Positions 42,011-55,300 of a DNA stretch of 64,000 nucleotides are shown here, piece by piece. The DNA comes from Camelus ferus (lineage: Eukaryota), in contig NC_045696.1 of the NCBI RefSeq assembly GCF_009834535.1, positions 117,616,001 to 117,680,000 of the forward strand, written 5' to 3'. A program made the translations under genes and the position numbers. The notes beneath the pieces were generated by a model. The model searched no databases, was not told the origin of the DNA, and saw only the letters and a list, made by a program, of their open reading frames with translations. The stretch's first letter is position 1, and each line of letters begins with the position of its first letter.

Positions 42011-45000
42011 AAAAGTGAAGGTAAAAAAAAATTATAATTTATGACTTCATTGCTACTGCCCTTGCTTTAATGACCCTGAAGATTTTGCACAGCTACTTCA
42101 GGATATGTTGGGGATAGGCCAGAGTGCAAATTGAATCACATTGTGCAGTCATTGGTAAAAACTCACTACTTAAAGGAAACTTGACTTGTTTCTTTGCAGC
42201 TGAAAGATTTTATTTATAATCTGAAAACTCTTCCCTAGCTTTCCATGTTGGCAAACTTTAGTTTTCATGTGCTAAGATTTCTTTCTTTCTAAGCACACCT
42301 GTTGATACGAAAGGAAAGAGAAAAGAGAACGAAAAAAAAAATCAGAATTGCTGTTTAGGGATGCTGGAGGTATATATGGAATTTGAGGATGTGTCTTTCC
42401 ATTAAATTTAATGAGACTGCAAGAATCCCTTTATTAAAGAGAAATACTGTCATTTTCTTTAAGGACGCTGCTAGGTCCCTGTCTAAAAAACAGTATATTT
42501 TGCAGGGATCTGTTAGCAAGTCCCAGCTGAAGATTCAGTAGAAAAGTAGTTCACGAACTTGACCCTGAACTCAGTCCACCTTCCTCGACCACTCTGCAGT
42601 CTCTCTTCTCTGCTGCCCTCAGATCCTTAGGAAAACATACAGGAAGAAAAAGCAGTTTCTTTGAATGCCTTCTGCTATTTTCTTTTGGACCCACTGTCTG
42701 CATTTCTCAGCAGCATCGCTGAAGTCAGCAACATCCTTTAGAGCATAGCTCACGTTTTTCATTCCAAGCTGAAAGGGGTGGGAGGGCGTGGTTCCTGGTT
42801 ATCCACATCAGACAGAAATAGTGTTGATCTGCAAACTCAACATGCAGTGTATGTAATAACTTGTACAAGGACTGCATCTTTTAGAGAAGGCAATGAGGAT
42901 TGCACAGAGTTGGGGGGGGGGTCCCGTTCCACTTTTACCATGTTGTGTAGCCCCAGGCAAGTTACTTGACCTTTCAGGCTAACTTCCCCTTCAGGAAGGT
43001 AGAATGGGTGGGGTCAGATTATGTCTCGTGTCCCTGGCAGTTCCAGGGTCTGTGAGTTTGTTGCTGGAACAGGTGCACAAGTGTGAAAGAGATGCTATTT
43101 CTATTGAAGGTACTGCCGACAGGTGTGGTAGTCTGGGAACGAGTCACAGAGGAAGTGAAGTTTTGAATAATGGGGGGGTTTAGTTTGGGGGAACCAAGCG
43201 CTATGTTGGAGTCGGTAGCCAAAAAGGATTATTTATGTGTGGCATACAGTGAGGAGAAATGATTGTTTGGAGTCTGGGGTATGAACTCCATATTATATAG
43301 CGTGAGATGAGCTCAAGACTGATGCGATCTCATCTGGGACTTGTTACTAGAAAACTGGAAGCCGTCCTCCCCCGCCCCATCAGGGACCTAGCGGTCAGAA
43401 CCCTGTAGGGAGGGGTGAGCTTCATTCAGGTGGGGATTGGGGTGGCTGAATACATGCTGGCTTGGTGGTTACCAACATGATATGACTCACACGTTGCTAA
43501 AGTGTTTCCTCCTTTAACATGTATTTTGGGGGTTTTTAACTGATGCCTGAAAGTCCACCTTTAACTTCTCATTTTGGGGGATTGATAAAAGTTCTTCAGG
43601 GAAGAATAGCACATTAAAGAGGGAAAAATAGACTCAGTCCGTGAGAAACCACAGGTTTGGAAGAGGATACTGAAACAGGGAATAAAACAAGGAGGAGGCA
43701 GGGCGTTCACTGCTGATTGGAAGGAATAGCTTGAAGCCCGAATTTGCAAACCCAGCACGTGGTACCTGTAACATTTAAGACCTGCTGAGCAGTGCCGGCC
43801 CCCAGATGTGTCCTTTAAACGTTTACCCATCTGACTTCTGATACCAACCCAAGCGCTACTTGCCCGAGCGTTACTTGGCTGGGTTCATTGGTAGAGTAGT
43901 TGGTAGTTTAATAGGTAAAAATAAATTACTTTCAATAAGGTCAGGGGAGCAAAGTATGTCACAAACAGAGACATACTGTTAGGAAATCCAGCTCAGTCCA
44001 CACCAAGCTGTTCCTGTCTAAATTGCCTCCTTTCTTCCTGGCTGGCAATTAATTTTTGCTTGTGTGTTTGGAGATTGGGGGAAGGGTAATAGCCTAATGG
44101 GTAATGATTTTATTTTAGTATTTTGATTAAAGAGACTAAATAACTTAGACCCTGGGTAACCATAAGGACTAAAGTCTTATCCATCAAGCTTAATTGTCAG
44201 ACGGAAAGTTGTGTTTATGTTTTTGGAGAAATTTTGCATTAAGCTGTATATAATATGAAGTAATGAGATGGTTAGATGTTGATTTTGTACCTCTCCCCCC
44301 TTCCTTTATCATCTTTCCTGCTCACTGTTTTTTTTTTTTCTTTAATCCTTTGGCTAGCTTCCTTCCGCCCTGTTCTCGAATCCTAAAGGCGTATCCTGTA
44401 TAACCGTGTGCTCTTTGAAGAGGTGATGACAGGGAATACTAACCATTATTTGATTTCTGCTGGTTTCCCAGCATTTGCAAGCCTCCCTCCCCGTCCCCAG
44501 CCGGATCCCCCATCACACAGCATGCCCACGCCACCATTCCTCGCCTTTCCCCGCTTCCATCCTGTATCTGCCTTTCTATTTGGGAAACTCCAGGGTCTTT
44601 GGGAAAAAAATTGTTACTGTTCCTCTCCTGCCAGAGGGACATTTCTCAAAGGATACTTTGGTGCTATGCCTACCTTTATACTTATTTAGATGGTATGAAG
44701 TTGACCAAGTATGGACGTTTTCTTAACTCAGAGCTTGTCAATCCATTTACTGAATTTGTAACAGGACCAGGAAGAAAATCAGTGACATATATATATCTGC
44801 TAGTGCAATTTGTCAATCCAGAACGGTTAAGCTGTAAAGCTGTTATTTTATGAGTGAAATCTCATCCAGAACTGAAATACAGAAAGCAGATAAAGGTCTT
44901 CCTCCATTTTGATTGACTTGAGGGTTGAGTGGGGGGCGGGACCTTCTCATCAGCATGCCACCCTACATCCACACAGCCGGGGCACGGCAGAAACACCCCT

Positions 45001-45094
45001 ATGGGGTCCTCAGGACCCAGTCTGGGAACCATTAACTAGTGATTAACTGGTTTCCGCCAACCCATCTCTAAGAGGCATGGTCCTATAGTGACAA

Positions 45095-45154
45095 AAAATA
45101 AATAAAATAAAATAAAATAAAATAAAATAAAATAAAATAAAATAAAATAAAATA
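45095..45154 (+). repeat. (AAAAT)n pentanucleotide microsatellite
   Basis: About 10-11 AAAAT units. Confidence 0.95.
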
Positions 45155-45316
45155 CCACAATAAGGAAATCTGTTCCAAGAATTCATAAATACCAAAGTTT
45201 TCTAATCTACTGGGAGCTTATGTAAGATGGTTCTGGAGTAATGTTTGAAATATATATGTGTGTGTGTGTGTGTATATGTAGGTATACAAACGTATATGTT
45301 GGGGGCGGTTCCTCTT

Positions 45317-45875
45317 CAGGAGCTCTTAACCTATATCCTACCTTCCCGCAAGAGGTCCATGAATGAACTTGGGTAGAAAAAAAACCCTTTATCTTTACTC
45401 ATGTCTTCCTGAAATTTGACTTTTTATTCAATTTTCAATATGCAACAAGTCCCAGTAGTGTTAGCAATACCTATGAATTTATCACCAATGAAAATCACAC
45501 ATTTCAATGACATGCTGTCTGGGATTATATATTAAAAAGCCGCTAAGTACATGATGGTACACACAAAAATCACACATTTTCATATCACATTTCTACCCTA
45601 AATCTCTCACAGTACTATTTTTTGTTCATCACTGTAAAATTGTGGTGGGTGTTAGAGCTGCTCCTAGATCTTGCTATTTGGGGTCTTAAGAAAGAAGCAT
45701 GTATATTGCCATATGACGTGTTTTCGATGGCTGTGTTTCAGTACAGTTGGTTGTCTTTGTGATCGGACAGATCTTATTCTGGGCACATAAAAACATTGTT
45801 CTGAAAGGCATCATTTGTCGGCTTTACCAGACAGGGTCCAGAAGGGTCCACGACACAAGAGAGATGAGATCCATG
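45317..45875. mobile_element. hAT-Charlie-family DNA transposon remnant
   Basis: Starts CAGGAGCTCTTAACCT (Charlie-type TIR). Ends ...AAAACATTGTTCTGAAAGG...GGCTTTACCAGACAGGGTCCAGAAGGGTCCACGACACAAGAG, resembling Charlie 3' ends. Confidence 0.55.
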
Positions 45876-46664
45876 ATTAGATAAATTGTGTGCTGGAAGG
45901 TAGAATTTTATTTTTTTTAACCCATTAGCTGAGGAATTCTTGAATTTACCTGAGAAAGATTTGTTTGTTAATTATTACTTTTTAGGATGCTTATTTTTCC
46001 AATGCCCTTCACTCCAGAGCAGGTAAGCTGGGGTTACGATTATTGCAAGAACATTAAAACAAGAACAAAAACCTCCCAGACAACCTTTTCTCCAACTTTC
46101 TGATGCCCACAGAGAGTGCCAGATTTTGGGAGAGAGTGAGTGCCTTTGCCCTCAGACTCGAAATTTTTTGTCAGTTAAACTATGCCTTTACCGTCTGCTT
46201 ACCCGTGAAGTTTAAGCCGTTCCTACCTTGCGGGACAGTAGGTGCCAGGAGGAGTGGTTCCCCGTCGTGACTGTCCCCAAATCTCCTCCTACTCTACACA
46301 GCGGGCAACCCCTTGATGGCACTTTGTGATTATTTATGGAAGGATGGGATGCTTCAAAAGCAGATTTCATCTGCTCATAATTTTGTCCTCCCAAAAGCTG
46401 GCATATTCCTAAGGTAGTCCCGGTGGGAGGAGTTGGGGCCCTGGGATCAGGAAGAATCAGGCCAGACTCCACTCTTGTCCTTCTGTCCCCAGACCCCTCT
46501 CTGGGCTTGACTTTCTCAGTATGTATAATGCAGGCCTAGTCGTTGTGAGGAGTAACTGATGGCCTGTGGGAAGCCCCAGCCCCTCCTTGTCTCTTCTTAT
46601 TGGTAAATTTCTAACCTGTCCATTATCATTGGAACTCACATGATGCTTCTAGAAATATTTATGC

Positions 46665-46826
46665 TTTTTTTAATTTAAATTTTTTTAATTCATTTATTTA
46701 TTTTTATGGGGGGAGGTAATTAGGTTTATCTATTTTTATTTATTTATTTAATGGAAGTACTGGGGATTGAACCCAGGACCTTGTGCATGCTAAGCGGGCG
46801 CTCTACCACTGAGCTATACCCTCCCC
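46665..46826 (-). mobile_element. tRNA-Ala-derived SINE (camelid Vic-1-like), second copy, antisense
   Basis: Reverse complement reads GGGGAGGGTATAGCTCAGTGGTAGAGCGCCCGCTTAGCATGCACAAGGTCCTGGGTTCAATCCCCAGTACTTCC...AAACCTAATTACCTCCCC plus an A-rich tail. Same family as 296-438. Confidence 0.87.
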
Positions 46827-48299
46827 TCACCCAATGCTGTCTTTTTTTTTTTTTTCTAAACCCTACTTGTGAATTGCAAGATTTGGGCCCCTCCGTTAAT
46901 TCGACTTCTGAGTAGTTGGTTTGCATCATGGATGAAAAGACGTGGTTTGGAGCCACAAATTGGGTGTTACTTTATCAGCAAAATCATTAGCAGCTTGGGA
47001 GCTTGTCATGACCCTGCCCACTTGATTGTTTCTCTAAGATACGAACCCTAGAACTTTCACAGTCCCGAATTGCCTTCCCCTGGATTGAAGCGTTCTTTGT
47101 TCTCTTTCCTAGACTATCACAGAGGGAAGATTTAAGTTTTTAATTCCCAGCCCCTAAATATGCCTTTTGGGAAGAAGAGCTCATTTCAGGAGATATCCAC
47201 AGTGTTGAAAAGTTTTATATAAATCAGTTCAAAAGGCAATGGCAGAAATATTTGTTTCAGTTAACCTGATAAGTTATTTTTGTAAGCAAACAGGCCAGCG
47301 TAGCAAGTAAATTATCACCTAAAACTTACTCATTTTGTAAGTTCTTATTTTTATAGGTTTTTTTTTTTGCACACGGCATGTACAGATACTCAGCAACCTT
47401 TTTTTCTTAGTGATCATTATCATTTCAAAGAGAAAAATAAATCTTGTAAATTTTTGATAGTGACTTTAGAATGCAACATGGTAAGAAATTTGCTTCGTAA
47501 CATTATCGTGTAAGAGCACGTATTTATTGAGGTTGAAGGGTTTGGAAAAAAAGTTAAGTTTCCTGGGAAGCTTTGACTTTGTCCTGGCAGATGTATTTGC
47601 CTTTGACAGAAGCCGTTCCTAGTGCTTTTCTGCTTCCTTGACCTGGTAGACTGAGTTCAGTTTGCATCTTATTCCTTTGAAATGCAACAACGTTATTGTG
47701 AATGTAAGTCATTGGACTTGGCTGCAATACCCAATTCCTCAGGAACGATCGAGGTGTATATTAGTTTTTGCTGCTCACTAAATGGCCCAGACTGTGCCAT
47801 TTTTATATTTTCCTGTGATTCTCCCAACTTAGGGCCACTGCGGTGCGTTTCGTGGAATCTTTTGCTCTATTTCTAGACTCACTTATTGAAGTGTGAGCCT
47901 CAGGGCGTTTCCGAGCCCCTCAAGGGTGAAGGAAAGTGATGAGTGTCTCATTCAGGGGCTGTCGGTGTTGACAATTGTTTATAATAACTGTAACTCAGAG
48001 GGCAGAGACGAGCATGCATGTGAATAAAGAAACCCATCCGCCTCTCTAGCTTTGAGATGCTCCAGAGGGCCCCTAAAACATCTCCCAAAAAAGTATTAAA
48101 CTAACTAGGTTCATTTAACATCTTAAATTACACAAAAAGTATTATCAAATAAGTAATAAATCTTAGATTATACTGCATGGGTAAATGTTATTAATATAGA
48201 TATTCTAAAAATTATTTAAAAATTCCTAAAGATGTGGTATGTCTTAATAAAATATTATCAATTGTTTAAAAAAAAAGTCAGCCTTAGTTCCTGGAAGAA

Positions 48300-48420
48300 A
48301 TGCTGAGGGTCTGAACTAGAGCGGTAGGAATGGAAAAGAAAGAACACATTCAAGGGACATTCTGAAGGAGTAGAATTGACAGAGATTCGTGATTGTTCGC
48401 TTATGGAGGAAACAAACAGG
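48300..48420 (-). mobile_element. L2 fragment (left part of an interrupted element)
   Basis: GAGGGTCTGAACTAGAGCGGTAGGAATGGAAAAG...GAAGGAGTAGAATTGACAGAGATTCGTGATTG. Confidence 0.55.
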
Positions 48421-48429
48421 AAAAATCAG

Positions 48430-48928
48430 ATTTTTTATTGAAGCTGTTTGAAATTTTAACTAAAAACCAGTACTAACCACTATAGGAAAAAATTTAATGT
48501 ACACGTAAAGGAAGAAAGAACAAAAAATGCTCATAATCCCAACTGACTGGAGATAGCCTGATTTCTGTTCTTTATATGCAATGCATATATGTGTCTGTTT
48601 GTGCAGATATGTAATATACATATGTGTATGTGCATTTATATGCCTTACATTCATTCATAGGCTCTGTTCACCTTCTAATTCCCTATGGAGGTATATTTAA
48701 CTTGTATTCAACTTTTGCTATCATAAATATTGCTCATGTGAACATTATTATGGTTAAATGTTTGTGTGCATCTTTAATTATAACTTCCTTAGGATTAATT
48801 CACAGAAGTAGAATTGTTGGATCAAAAAAGGCATCAGTGTTTTAAAGGTAACTGCTAGACATTTCTACATTCAACATTTCCACATTGTGCTTCAGAAAGA
48901 TTATACCAGTTTATACTTCCAATAACAG
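48430..48928 (-). mobile_element. Old L1 (L1M-type) 3'-region fragment
   Basis: TTTTGCTATCATAAATATTGCTCATGTGAACAT...TTCCTTAGGATTAATTCACAGAAGTAGAATTGTTGGATCAAA...CAGAAAGATTATACCAGTTTATACTTCCAATAACAG. Confidence 0.75.
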
Positions 48929-49045
48929 CCTTTCAGCCCAGGTGACTGGGTGAGTGGTGACGCTGTTAACTTGAGTTAAACTGTATGGGAGGAACCTACT
49001 TTGTGGGAGAAAGACGGTGGGTTTAGGTTGGGATGTGGTAACTGA
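48929..49045 (-). mobile_element. L2 fragment (right part of the interrupted element)
   Basis: TTTCAGCCCAGGTGACTGGGTGAGTGGTGACGCTGTTAAC...GGAGGAACC...GTTTAGGTTGGGATGTG. Confidence 0.5.
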
Positions 49046-49114
49046 ATTGTTTTCATTAATCCCCTAGTTACTCAAACTTCTTTGATTATCTTTGTGATAA
49101 TGACAACAATCAGA

Positions 49115-49325
49115 AAAATAATAATAGTTGATGGTCATCAAACTGTTACTGCAACAAGCCCCCTGAATGAACTTTCTCACTAATTCTTGTAACCCTATGA
49201 GTGGTGGTAAGATTACCCCCATTTTACAGAGGAGAAAATTGAGGTCTAGAGAACCTGAGTAACTTGACCAAGGTTACAGGGCTAGTCAGTAGGAGAACAG
49301 ATGTTAAAATGAAAACCCAGGCTTC
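49115..49325 (-). mobile_element. MIR SINE
   Basis: AACCCTATGAG...ATTACCCCCATTTTACAGAGGAGAAAATTGAGGTCTAGAG...GTAACTTGACCAAGGTTACAGGGCTAG. Confidence 0.8.
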
Positions 49326-52300
49326 CTTAACAAGTAGATCTTAGAAGTACCTTATATAAAGGAGAAGTCACAGTGGTTAAGTTGCACCCTCAAGAGGGTG
49401 TGGTAAAGAGTTATGGTGAGTGTTAGGTACAGTGGGTTCAAAAGCAACTGGTCTACCTATTTTTCCTAGCACATTGCTAATTCATTTCACTCTTTTTTCC
49501 ATTATTCTTCCCACTTTATAAATATTGCCGATTCTTCAAAGCTAGGCCAGGCCAGCATTACTCTCCATCAGCAAAGACTTCCTTGACCACCCCAGCCCAC
49601 CTCTTCCTCCTCTGCTCTCGGTTGCCCCTTGATGTCTGCGCATTATTGACCTTCATTGCATACTGCTTTGCTCTAATAATTATGTTTGACTGCCACGTCT
49701 TCCCGAATGTACTGTGAGCCATTGAAGGCAAATGCTTTTAGTTACGTTCATCAGACCTTTCTGTAGTTTTGTGGGCCAGGCACCAGGCTGCATGTATCCT
49801 GTTTCACTTGTACCAGCCACCATCTTCTGCGATTAGTACCATCATTGTCTGCACTTTGCAGAGGAGGAGCTGAGGGTCAGGAAGGGAGTTTACTCAAGTC
49901 CACACACACAGACATGCCTATACTGGGTGTAACCCTTGATTGGTAGATTGAGGTGATTGAGAGAGACTTGAAGGAGCGTTAGTTTTTGGATGGGCGGGAA
50001 AAAGTAGAAAGGGCTTTCCTGTCTGAGAGAACAATATGAGAAGGGGGAATAGAGTGTGGGAAAGGGTCGGGCAGCAGCTAATAAATGGTCCAATAAACTA
50101 TGATGTGAGTGTGATCAGAGGAGACTTCAGAGCAGCTCTAGGGAGTGTGAACTGGTATTGGGAAGCATGGAAGGTCATTTTGAGCCGTAGGATAACTTGG
50201 GGGAGTTTGAAAGCAAAGACCAGAGCAAGGGTTTTCATCCTAATTTCCCTTCCCCAAGGGCGTCTCAAAGAGGGCTGAGCGGATTCGAGAAAGCTTAATT
50301 AAACCTGCGTATTTACACGTTGGGAAGTTTCATAGGCCAAGTTGACTGTCATATTTATTTGCTTTTTGTAGGAATCCCAACTCTGTGCCATCACCCTTGT
50401 TATCTCATTCTGCCCTCGATCTCATTGGTATACTCTTTGCCCTAAGTTAAGAGAGGAAAAGGAATGATTACTTAAAGGCTTCTTTTTTTTTTTTTGGTTC
50501 AGAAATTAAAATAATTGTCCACTGGACATAATGAAAAAGAATGTTTGGTGCTTAAGAGCATCATCCAAGGAAGAGGTGCCCTGGCGCCGTCAAGTCAGTG
50601 GTGGACAAAATGGAAAGGAACAGACAGTTCTTCATGATAGAAACTGAGGTGGAAATTGACGCAAGTATTACAGTGTCAGCCTCGGGGGATTGGCTTTTTC
50701 TGTCTTTTAATGATGCTCGCTATGAAAAATGAGGAGAGAATAAAAACTTAAGTAAGATTTTAAGGCAAGAGAGCATAATTGTTAAACAGGAGCCAAATCA
50801 CATCACTGAAACATATATAATATCAAAAATACTTCTTAGATTGGGAGAAAAAAAAATTCTTTTTCAGAGTCCCTATTCAAGTATCGGACTTGTAAACCCG
50901 ATGTTTGCTTCATTTAAGCTTTGAAGAAACCACCTTAGAAGCAGGTTTGAAGTATATGAAAAAAATTAATCTTTTAAATTAAATATCTTCCAAATCTAAT
51001 GTTTTAAAAATAAAATGAAGGCTTTCTTTGGAAATTCTCTATCAGTCGAATTAAGAGATTATCTTCTTGCTAGCTAGTTTAATAGGCTGTCTAAAATTTC
51101 ACAGTTCCATCTTCATTCCTCCTTTTTCTCCTTCTCAGATACTTCTTCCTGAAAATATTCTTGAGAACTTTCCTGATAATCTTTTGAAGTGAGAACCATT
51201 TTTATGTTTTTATCTACTCTGGCCAGATTATCATCTGATAATCTTGTTATGAAGCAAACAATCTGTAGGAAAAGAAAAAAACACCATACTTATGTGTTCC
51301 CTCAGGTCAGTAGCTTAGAGAAGGTAAAAAAGAGGTGAACAATAAAACCACAGAAAACAAGTCATGTTCTCTCTCGCTCTTTTTTTTTTTTTTGCTTGAT
51401 TGCATTTTAAGCAAAATTGAAAAATAAAATTCATTTATCAGTGATTCTGAATATTTCTTCTAAATTCGCTAAATTTATCACATGAGCTTCTGCCAGATTG
51501 GAGAAACATTTCTCTTTGCTAATACCAAACCTCCAGAAATTCTGCTAGATGTGTTTAACCTCTTAAAGACAAAGTGGCAAAAATTTACTCAAGTGGGAAA
51601 TTTATGGGTAGCCGTTTTATGGCCTCTAAATACTGTAATATGGAAGCCCACAGATTTTGGCTGAGATACTGATTCCCTTAAATAAATTGTAGAGTCTAGA
51701 GAGAGTTTAAAACAGTTTGGAAGTTTAAAATAGTAATAATTTTAAAGATTAGTATGATTGATTTTTTTGTCCTTCAAAAATACAAGCATCAGAAACCACA
51801 CCTTGAAAATAAGTATATTTGGGGATACACACATACACGTATATTCCATTTAAATATGTTTAGATCCCATCTTTGAGTAAAGTGGAGGTAATGTGCTACT
51901 TTTAGAATGGAAAATGCATTTGTTGGGTAGGTCTCTGTTCGACTTTATTTCACATGTTTTCTTGAGTAAGACCAGTGTTAACTTAGCAGGAAAAGTGACT
52001 TGCACCGCCTGCTGAAATTCTCTTCGCTTTACACGAAGTAGATGTTATTACACTGGGGAGAAAGATCAATGTATTTCCTGCTAATTCCATAGAGAACATG
52101 TATCTTTATTAATGTTAATGGTGGGGCTCCCTCATTATGTTCTGGAATAATCTGCTTTAGCAAAGGTTTTTCTCCTCAAGAACTTCATAACATTTAAAGG
52201 TTAATATGTTAGGTAAAGAACAATATCTTAAGACAAGCGTTTTTGTTACAGGACATGATGGGATGGTTTTTATTAAATTACATGATGATTTGAATGGGGA

Positions 52301-55300
52301 GGAAGAAATACATCACTCCTTTGCCCTCAACTTTAATGCCTTTAATCAAATAATGACCTTCTGGAAAATAGTTAATTTTAAGCATTTGGGAAGATCAATA
52401 CCACTTTGCCACCAAAAAATGGCCCAGACGATGAAATTTGATGTATTTGGAGTCTCATTTCACCCTTTTAACCTAGTAAATAATTTAAAATGCTTTCAGG
52501 ATCGCTTTGCCTCTGTTTTGTTTCTCACTGTTCAGAGTGTCAGGATTGTTCTCGAAAAAGCCTCACACCTTGAAGTGGGCTTGTACCTCCATCAGGCCTT
52601 GTGTGTCTCTACATTAGGGGCCCGGACGAAGGAACACGTTTTCGTACTCTATGTGAAGCAGAGTGTGTACAGAGCAAAAAAGTGTGAAAATGGAACCTTT
52701 CTGGAATGTTAAAGGGTGTGGTGTAAGAGCTCATTAGTCACATTGCATCTCTTGTGACATCTTTAAACCTTTATGTTAGGGGTAGGATTCAGTAGCTCTG
52801 ACAATTAGAATCCATTTCCGCCCCCCCACCCCCCACCCCCAGCCTATAGAACCTTGGTATGAAATTACCCTTGAGTGCCGACAGCTTCGTAAAAAAAAAA
52901 AAAAAAAAAAAAAAATTGCCGCCTATTAGCATGTTTGTGGGCAGATTAAAAACTGTCTTCATTAGCATAAGTAACACTTACAGATTCTTTTAAAAGTAGA
53001 AAATTATTTGCTGAATGATAAATTGCTAGCTTTATAGTTAGTTGTTGTTGAAAATGTACTCATTCAAAATGCCTGGTGTAGTTTAGTCTACAATAGTGAA
53101 TTTTTTTGTGTGTGTTAGAAGTACTGTTTAATGGATTATGTACTTAATCCTGTGCCTACCTACTTGCTTAATGTAATTCATGCTTTCCACTAAAATGTTT
53201 GTATCAAATCTCTCCCTATTTAGATTGATTTCTCTTAATATCATATATTATTATACTATATGCCCCAGAGATCGGAACAAAATACTCCTGCAAATAACAC
53301 ATAAAGATGAGGGTGAGGGAGGGGATAAATACAGACTATAAAATGTTTTGCTTTTTAGAACTCAAATTACCATTCTGTTTCTTTAAGTGTATTTTTCCTT
53401 CTTAGTTACAGGACGAATTATTTGTCATTTTCTTTCTCTTTTTACAGCTCCTGGGTTTAAAACGTATACATACTATAGACATATCTGTATCTTGTATGAA
53501 ATGACTTTCTCAGGGAATGCTGAAGTCTGTTTGCCCCTGGAACACGAGTTGTTCCGTGCTCCCAGCTTTGTCACAGACCAGACCCTGGAAAGGTCCGCTT
53601 TTTCTGTGCGTGAGACTTTAGAGGTACCGTAAATCCATTAGTGAAAAGAGGGGGCTTTCTTGGCTCAATTAAAATCATTGTGCACCCCTGATCCGTTCAA
53701 ACGTTAGAAGTGAATCGGTTTGAATTAGCTGTTCTGAAAAGAGTAGGGTGGAAATCAGAGCTGGAGTTTGGGTGGATATTCGCAGCTGAGAGAGAAAGGT
53801 GCCAGAATTTGTATTTAAATGAGGTGCAACCAGATTCCGTGGGTAAAGCACGTCATTAGGATCTTGAGTTTAGAACTGCTAATTTTTCCTTGGAAATGAG
53901 CATACAGTCGATGTGTTTCATGGACCATACTTAATTGTCATTGTGTTGTCGTTGAGTTTGTTTTGCTTTTTTTTTTCAGTACTGGTTTGGCAGTCGTTCT
54001 GTATTTTCTCTTTTTCCTTTTTCTACCCCCAACCTCCATCTTCCCTTTTCTTTTATAGATGCGGAACCAAAACCAGCCCAAAGAATGGTATTGATTTCAT
54101 GCCGCCTGAGATTTAGCGTCTTCTGCAGCTTTTTTTTTTTTTTTTTTTTGCTTACGGTGGCAAGACATTGGTAGATGGTTCTTGGTCCCTCTAAAGTGCC
54201 TCACAGTATTTCCTTTTGTGGCAGATGGATTGAAGAAGACTTTTAGTTCTCAATAAATGTAGGTTTACAATACATAACTTTACAGGATTTGTGTTGTATA
54301 TAACAGGTTTGAACATATTATCTCAGAATTCATCTGCATGGCATTTTCAGCTCGAGCAGGGTCCATGCCAGTTTTTTTAAGTAATAGGGGGAGGACTGTG
54401 ATTGATAGCAACCGCTCAAGGCGTGATTTTGAATAGAAACAAAGGGTTTCGAACAGAAGGTGTCAAATTAAACTTTGTCAGTTTGAAAAGTAGTCACATC
54501 CTGAAAGTTTTACTAATTTATTTACATGTGGCTACTGTTTATATTTTGCCCTCTTTAAATGCAGTGTAATGTTGCTTGGCAAATTTACTACATTTAAAGT
54601 TTAGGTTGTTCCTTGTACCATTTTAGTTTTTCTGAGACTCGATAGGTCGCCTCATTTTCAGGCTGTTCGTCTCCTGTCTTTTCTCCTGTTCAGAAGAACA
54701 GTTGTGATCTGATTTAATTGTCAGAGTAGTTCCCTGCGCCTGCCTGCCTGTGGTCTTACAATATTTCAAGTCCCAGAGACCTCGCTTAAAACGTCATTAT
54801 GTTCACATTTTGCAACAGAGTGCTGCATTGTATTCACTCTTTTTCACCATCTCTCCTCCACCAAGCAAATCTATGCATTTATCATTTAAAAACCAATCTA
54901 GTACTGAGGGAAATAATTATTTTTATGTGTCAAATATTACAAATATCCTGGCACATCACTGTCTTTCTGAGTTTATTTACTCTAACAATATCGCTTATGG
55001 AAAAGTCACCTAGGAAAAGGTACTGGGGAATCAGAGAGCATTTGGCTCTTTTAGTCTCTTTCGGCAAAACATAGATCAGATTTACTGTCATCATTAATAG
55101 AGTCTCAATCCATAGAATCTGAAGTCGGAATATTCCGAGGTATTTAAATAGTATTATAATAAATTAATCTTCTTTTTGTCAGTGTAAATTGGGAAGGAGC
55201 CAGTTTATTTCTCTGCTGACAAAGATCTAGCCTGTCAAAATATCTGTTTTCCATTATTTGTTGAGAGAGATGAGATGCACATGAAAAAAGGCACGTCCCT

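Noticed and set aside
45986..46022. Possible 37-nt cryptic exon (tttttag|...CAG|gtaagc)
   Set aside because: Such site pairs are common in long introns, and nothing else in the sequence supports it.
52206..52712. 168-aa plus-strand ORF in intron 9
   Set aside because: No similarity to any protein I recognise, no convincing splice or promoter context, and AT-rich intronic codon usage.
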